Assembly: GCF_023055435.1 (NCBI RefSeq)
Contig: NW_025963990.1
Span: 3,410,001 to 3,474,000, forward strand
Direction: 5' to 3'
Source of the DNA: Haliotis rufescens
Taxonomy: Eukaryota
DNA length: 64,000 bases
The translations under genes and the position numbers were made by a program. This document shows positions 59,665 to 64,000 of the stretch, piece by piece (the first letter of the stretch is position 1; each line of letters opens with the position of its first letter). The notes below the pieces were generated by a model. That model ran no database searches and had not been told where the DNA came from. It saw nothing but the letters and a program-made list of their open reading frames with translations.

Positions 59665-61050
59665 GAACATTTTATATGTCTGTCGTTAATCTCTCATGAC
59701 ATGGCATATAACATGTGTCTGTCGTTAATCTGTCATGACATGTCATATAACATGTGACTACAGTTAATCTGCCATGAGATGTCATATGACATGTGTCTAT
59801 AGTTAATCTGTCATGACATGTCATATAACATGTGACTACAGTTGATCTCTCATGACATGTCATATAACATGTGACTACAGTTAATCTGCCATGACAAGTA
59901 ATATAACATATGTCTACAGTTAATCTCTCATGACATGTCATATAACATGTGTCTACAGTTAATCTCTCATGACATATCATATAACATGTGTCTACAGTTA
60001 ATCTGTCATGACAAGTAATATAACATATGTCTACAGTTAATCTGCCATGACATGTCATATAACATGTGTCTATAGTTAATCTGTCATGACATGTCATATT
60101 ACATGTGACTACAGTTGATCTCTCATGACATGTCATATAACATATGTCTATAGTTAATATGTCATGACATGTCATATAACATGTATCTATAGTTAATCTC
60201 TCATGGCACGACATATAACATGTGTCTACAGTTAATCTGTCATGACATGTCATATAACATGTGTCTATAGTTAATCTGTCATGACATGTCATATAACATG
60301 TGACTACAGTTGATCTCTCATGACATGTCATATAACATGTGACTACAGTTAATCTCTCATGACATGTCATATAACATGTGTCTACAGTTAATCTGCCATG
60401 AAAAGTTATATAACATATGTCTACAGTTCATCTCTCATGACATGGCATATAACATGTGTCTACAGTTAATCTCTCATGACATGTCATATAACATGTGTCT
60501 ACAGTTAATCTGTCACGACATGTCATATAACATGTGTCTAAAGTTAATATGCCATGACAAGTCATGTAACATATGTCTATAGTTAATCTGTCATGACATA
60601 TATCATATAACACTTCATATGTCTATCGTTAACCTGTCATGTCATGTCATGTCATATAACATGTGTCTACAGTAAATCTGTCATGTCATGTCATATAACA
60701 TGTGTCTACAGTTAATCTGTCATGGTCTGTCATATAACATGTGTCTACAGTAAATCTGTCATGTCATGTCATATAACATGTGTCTATAGTTAATCTGTCA
60801 TGTCATGTCATATAACATATGTCTATAGTTTATCTGTCTTGACATATGTCATATAACACTTCATAAGTCTATCGTTAACCTGTCATGTCATGTCATGTCA
60901 TATAACATGTGTCTGCAGTTAATCTCTCTTGACATATGTCATATAACACTTCATATGTCTACAATTAATCTGTCATATCATGGTCTGTCATATAACATGT
61001 GTCTATAGTTAATCTGTCATGACATGTCATATAACGTTTTATATGTCTAT
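59665..61050. repeat. ~39-bp minisatellite (CATGACATGTCATATAACATGTGTCTACAGTTAATCTGT)
   Basis: About 35 units containing the palindrome ATGACATGTCAT. Confidence 0.9.
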
Positions 61051-61276
61051 AGTTGATACAAGTCAGACAACATGGCCGACCGAGCTTTTCGTCTCAATAC
61101 AGATATGTGTGAATGATCTGTTTTGATATGGGATCTTTTACAACACCACTGTTACTGCTGACTCAAAACTTTATGAACAAACAATAAATGGTTAGTCCAA
61201 TCAAATAAAGACGATGTCCACTGCATATAGTATAGGCTCCTTGTTCCAACAAGTCCACGATCAGTGAAATATCCCA

Positions 61277-63422
61277 TCAGGTCATCTGGTGGTCCCATAC
61301 GGGCTCCCAGCCGGGGCCATTTGATTGGCCATCTTCAAAATCGTACTCCTCAACAGCAGCCAATCGGCGAGCAGTGAAGGTAGCGCCATCTTGTGGGATG
61401 GCGTCAACACAATTCATTGGGTCTCCATTGTGCTTCTTCTGCCTGCTCTTAAACAACATTGTGTCCTGAGACGGCCAGTGGTTGGTCATCTGAAGGTTAT
61501 TATAGGCACATGCACGTTTTTGTTTGTCTTCATCAGTTGCCCATTGAGCAGGCGTCATACACACGAACACCACCCAGCGCCACCTGTCGTCATTTGGACG
61601 CCCATGAACTGGTGGGACACTATCGTGGATAGTTCTTGAGTCCCAAAGCACAATTCCGCCTTTTGGGACTGAAATTTTGACAGCTTCGCACTTCCGTTTG
61701 TGATACCACTCAGATTGAGCTTTCGTGAGCTTGTAAAACTCGGACTTCAAGCTCTTTTTCCGAGCGCTGGCAAATTGGCTGAAAAACTCCTCGTGGTGTC
61801 GGTGCGAGTGTGACAGGACTCTAAGGCAGTGGTCCATATCTGTCACTTCTTCCAGATACAGCGCCCCCTGGTAGCAATGGAGACCTTTTCTAGACGGCTT
61901 CTGGTCGCAATGAAGCCAAGACGACCCCGTATCAAATTCTCCGTTTGTTTCCTCGGGGGGCTTTGATATGGCAACCCCATCAAAACTTGTTAGGAGCTTC
62001 TCCGTATCCCAGATCGAGGCGAACACCGGCTTGACCTTCAACCTCGCAGACCACGTGGCACCAAAGTGTCCAATCCGGTATTGGTGTAAAATTGATTTTC
62101 GTCTGTTTGGGAAGTCTCCATCTTGAAATGTCCCAAGCCATAATTTGTATCGTCCAATTAGCTCATCGCATTCCTTTCCAGTTAAAACGTCAGGAACGAC
62201 AGCGTAGCCCTTGGTTGCCAGTTCCCTTTTCGTCGCTTCGCTGAAATCAAACAGTATTTCAAAATTACACAAAGGCTAAAAAGTAAATGTTTCTTGGGAC
62301 TCGCGTCACTTTAAATCCTAAGGCATATTAAAAAATATTTGTTTCCCAAATTCCCCGCGTTATATGCAACAGATTATGTAATCCATAAAATGAACACAAA
62401 CGTGTGCGTTTGTATCCAAGTTCCGAGTTCAATGTCTGCCTAGTCGCAAACCATCCTTACCACCTTCTTTCACTTGGGAGATACGTTTTCCCGGGAAACA
62501 TTTATATTTTGGTATGCAGCCTAATTCAGGTCACGTATGGAATATACCTGCAACGTAATCTAATTATGCCTTAGGCCAGACTTTTTCAAATCTTGGTTTA
62601 CGAATTAGCCGACTCCCAAAAAATTGACTATGAAGCCAAAAAATGAAAATCAGTGAGGGAGGGTGGAGCCGGGGGTTATTCCGTCGATCAGAAATGAGTA
62701 AAATGTTTTTTAAAAAAACTCCTTTAGTCTCGCTATCAACATATATGATTTTTATTGAAATACAATTATTTTAACCTTTCCAAAAATTCATTTCAAGAAT
62801 TTATGAATATTTTGGGGAAATAATTATTTCTTTTAAATTTGACATTTTTTTAATAAAAATCCCCGACCAAAAGACCTAAATTTTGGGACCAAAAGTACGT
62901 AAGTTCCCTCCTCAGCTCTAGCAGCCTATACCCATCCCCTTCTCAGCTCTAGCAGCCTATACTCATCCTGTTTGGGTTTGTTTTGTTTTTGTTTTGTTTT
63001 TTGTTTTTTTGGGGGGGTGTCAGGGACTATGTTATATTTTATGTATGAGTACATGTGTCGTCTCAATACGACTGGATAATTGATTCCCGTGGAGCTTCCG
63101 GGTTGGAATTGGTCCTCAGCAATATGATATCAATCACTGGATTGTCAGGTCCAGACCGCCGTTATATAGTTGGAATATTGCTAAGTAATCGAATCATTTA
63201 CACGACGGAACCAATCTCGTGATCGCCAATCAATAAACATGATTCAATCTTGACACCTTTATCCAATACACGTATGAGCGCTCCCTCTCCCGACTACATT
63301 AATACTATTAGCAATACATGACCATACATGTTCTCATGTAAACACAACATTGTACATTGAGAAGTGTCAAACATAAGTCAAACACGTTTCTACCTGTCGA
63401 ATGAAAGCGCTGACTCGGCCAT
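61277..63422 (-). CDS. PhyH-like Fe(II)/2OG dioxygenase, paralog 5 (most divergent)
   Basis: Exon 1 63394-63422 (MAESALSFDS), phase-2 intron, exon 2 61277-62240; WLHCDQ, VPKGGIVLWDSRTIH, RWRWVVFVCM. Confidence 0.88.
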
Positions 63423-64000
63423 CGTCGTTGTTGACACGTTGCAAACTTAGTTCTATGTTAAGATGTCGACAAACTGCCGTTCTCGCTCAGACTGAGCCGA
63501 ACCGCTGTCAACATTACTTATATACCTTCAACCACAGCCTCGTCTTCATGACGCGAACAAAGACTAGTTTCATACACTATTTACCGTCAGTTACTATTTT
63601 TAGAATAAATCGCTGAACGTTGCAAAAATATATTGCTGATCGATCTCAGGCTGGTATTGCACCATGATGTTTCTTTGTTTGTAAAAAGAAAATATGTTGT
63701 CAAATAATTCTTTCCGTGATCTAGCTCATCGTCTTGTTTCCTTGTGAACATTGGACGTGAATTTGTTAGGTAACTGTGTATATATGTCGTATATTCAACT
63801 TGTGGGCCTTTTTTCAACATCGAATTCACTTTGAACAACCTGTTACATTCATTACAACACTAAATATAATGTTAGTCACTTTCCCACATCTATGTATCTA
63901 GGTGAAATCATGTAGGATCGAAAAATGCTCGTTTTGGTTGTCAATTGCTCGCGCGTTTCCTGTTATGTGCGTTGGTAGTCCAAGGGAGACAACCTCGGGT

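Noticed and set aside
59672-60613. Cys/His-rich ORF (MTCHERLTVDTCY repeats) resembling a multiheme or metal-binding protein
   Set aside because: Translation of a 39-bp minisatellite; no CxxCH motif, no splice or start context
22914-62240. Halogenase assignment for the dioxygenases
   Set aside because: Fe/2OG halogenases replace the HxD Asp with Gly or Ala; all five paralogs keep the Asp
22914-62240. Bacterial or viral contamination as the source of the long uninterrupted ORFs
   Set aside because: Each gene has a spliceosomal intron at the same position and is interleaved with host SINEs and MITEs

Overview
AT-rich, intron-containing animal genomic DNA. The repeat families look like those of a marine gastropod, possibly abalone (inference). 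Left part (1-13.1 kb, minus strand): a gene of at least 9 coding exons, invisible to the ORF track, encoding a secreted protein with a signal peptide, two 12-Cys Ly6/uPAR-like (three-finger) domains, an RRRR site inside domain 1 and a Thr/Pro-rich mucin-like tail. Right part (22.9-63.4 kb, minus strand): a tandem array of five two-exon PhyH-like Fe(II)/2-oxoglutarate dioxygenase genes, each with a 29-44 nt first coding exon, one phase-2 intron and a ~1 kb second exon. Four keep the HxD...H iron triad. The fourth has lost both His ligands but keeps an intact ORF (candidate pseudoenzyme). Gene 1 is a chimera (gene-3 type promoter and exon 1 joined to gene-2 type exon 2) inside a large duplication (about 17.5-27.1 kb versus 31.4-51.3 kb) whose copies differ by dated TE insertions. 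Also present: a 5'-truncated LINE just downstream of gene 2, LINE and Penelope fragments, a minimal hammerhead ribozyme motif at 94-133, three tRNA-derived SINE families plus one further short retroposon family, several MITE families, a likely solo LTR, many minisatellites and one assembly gap (35481-35633).
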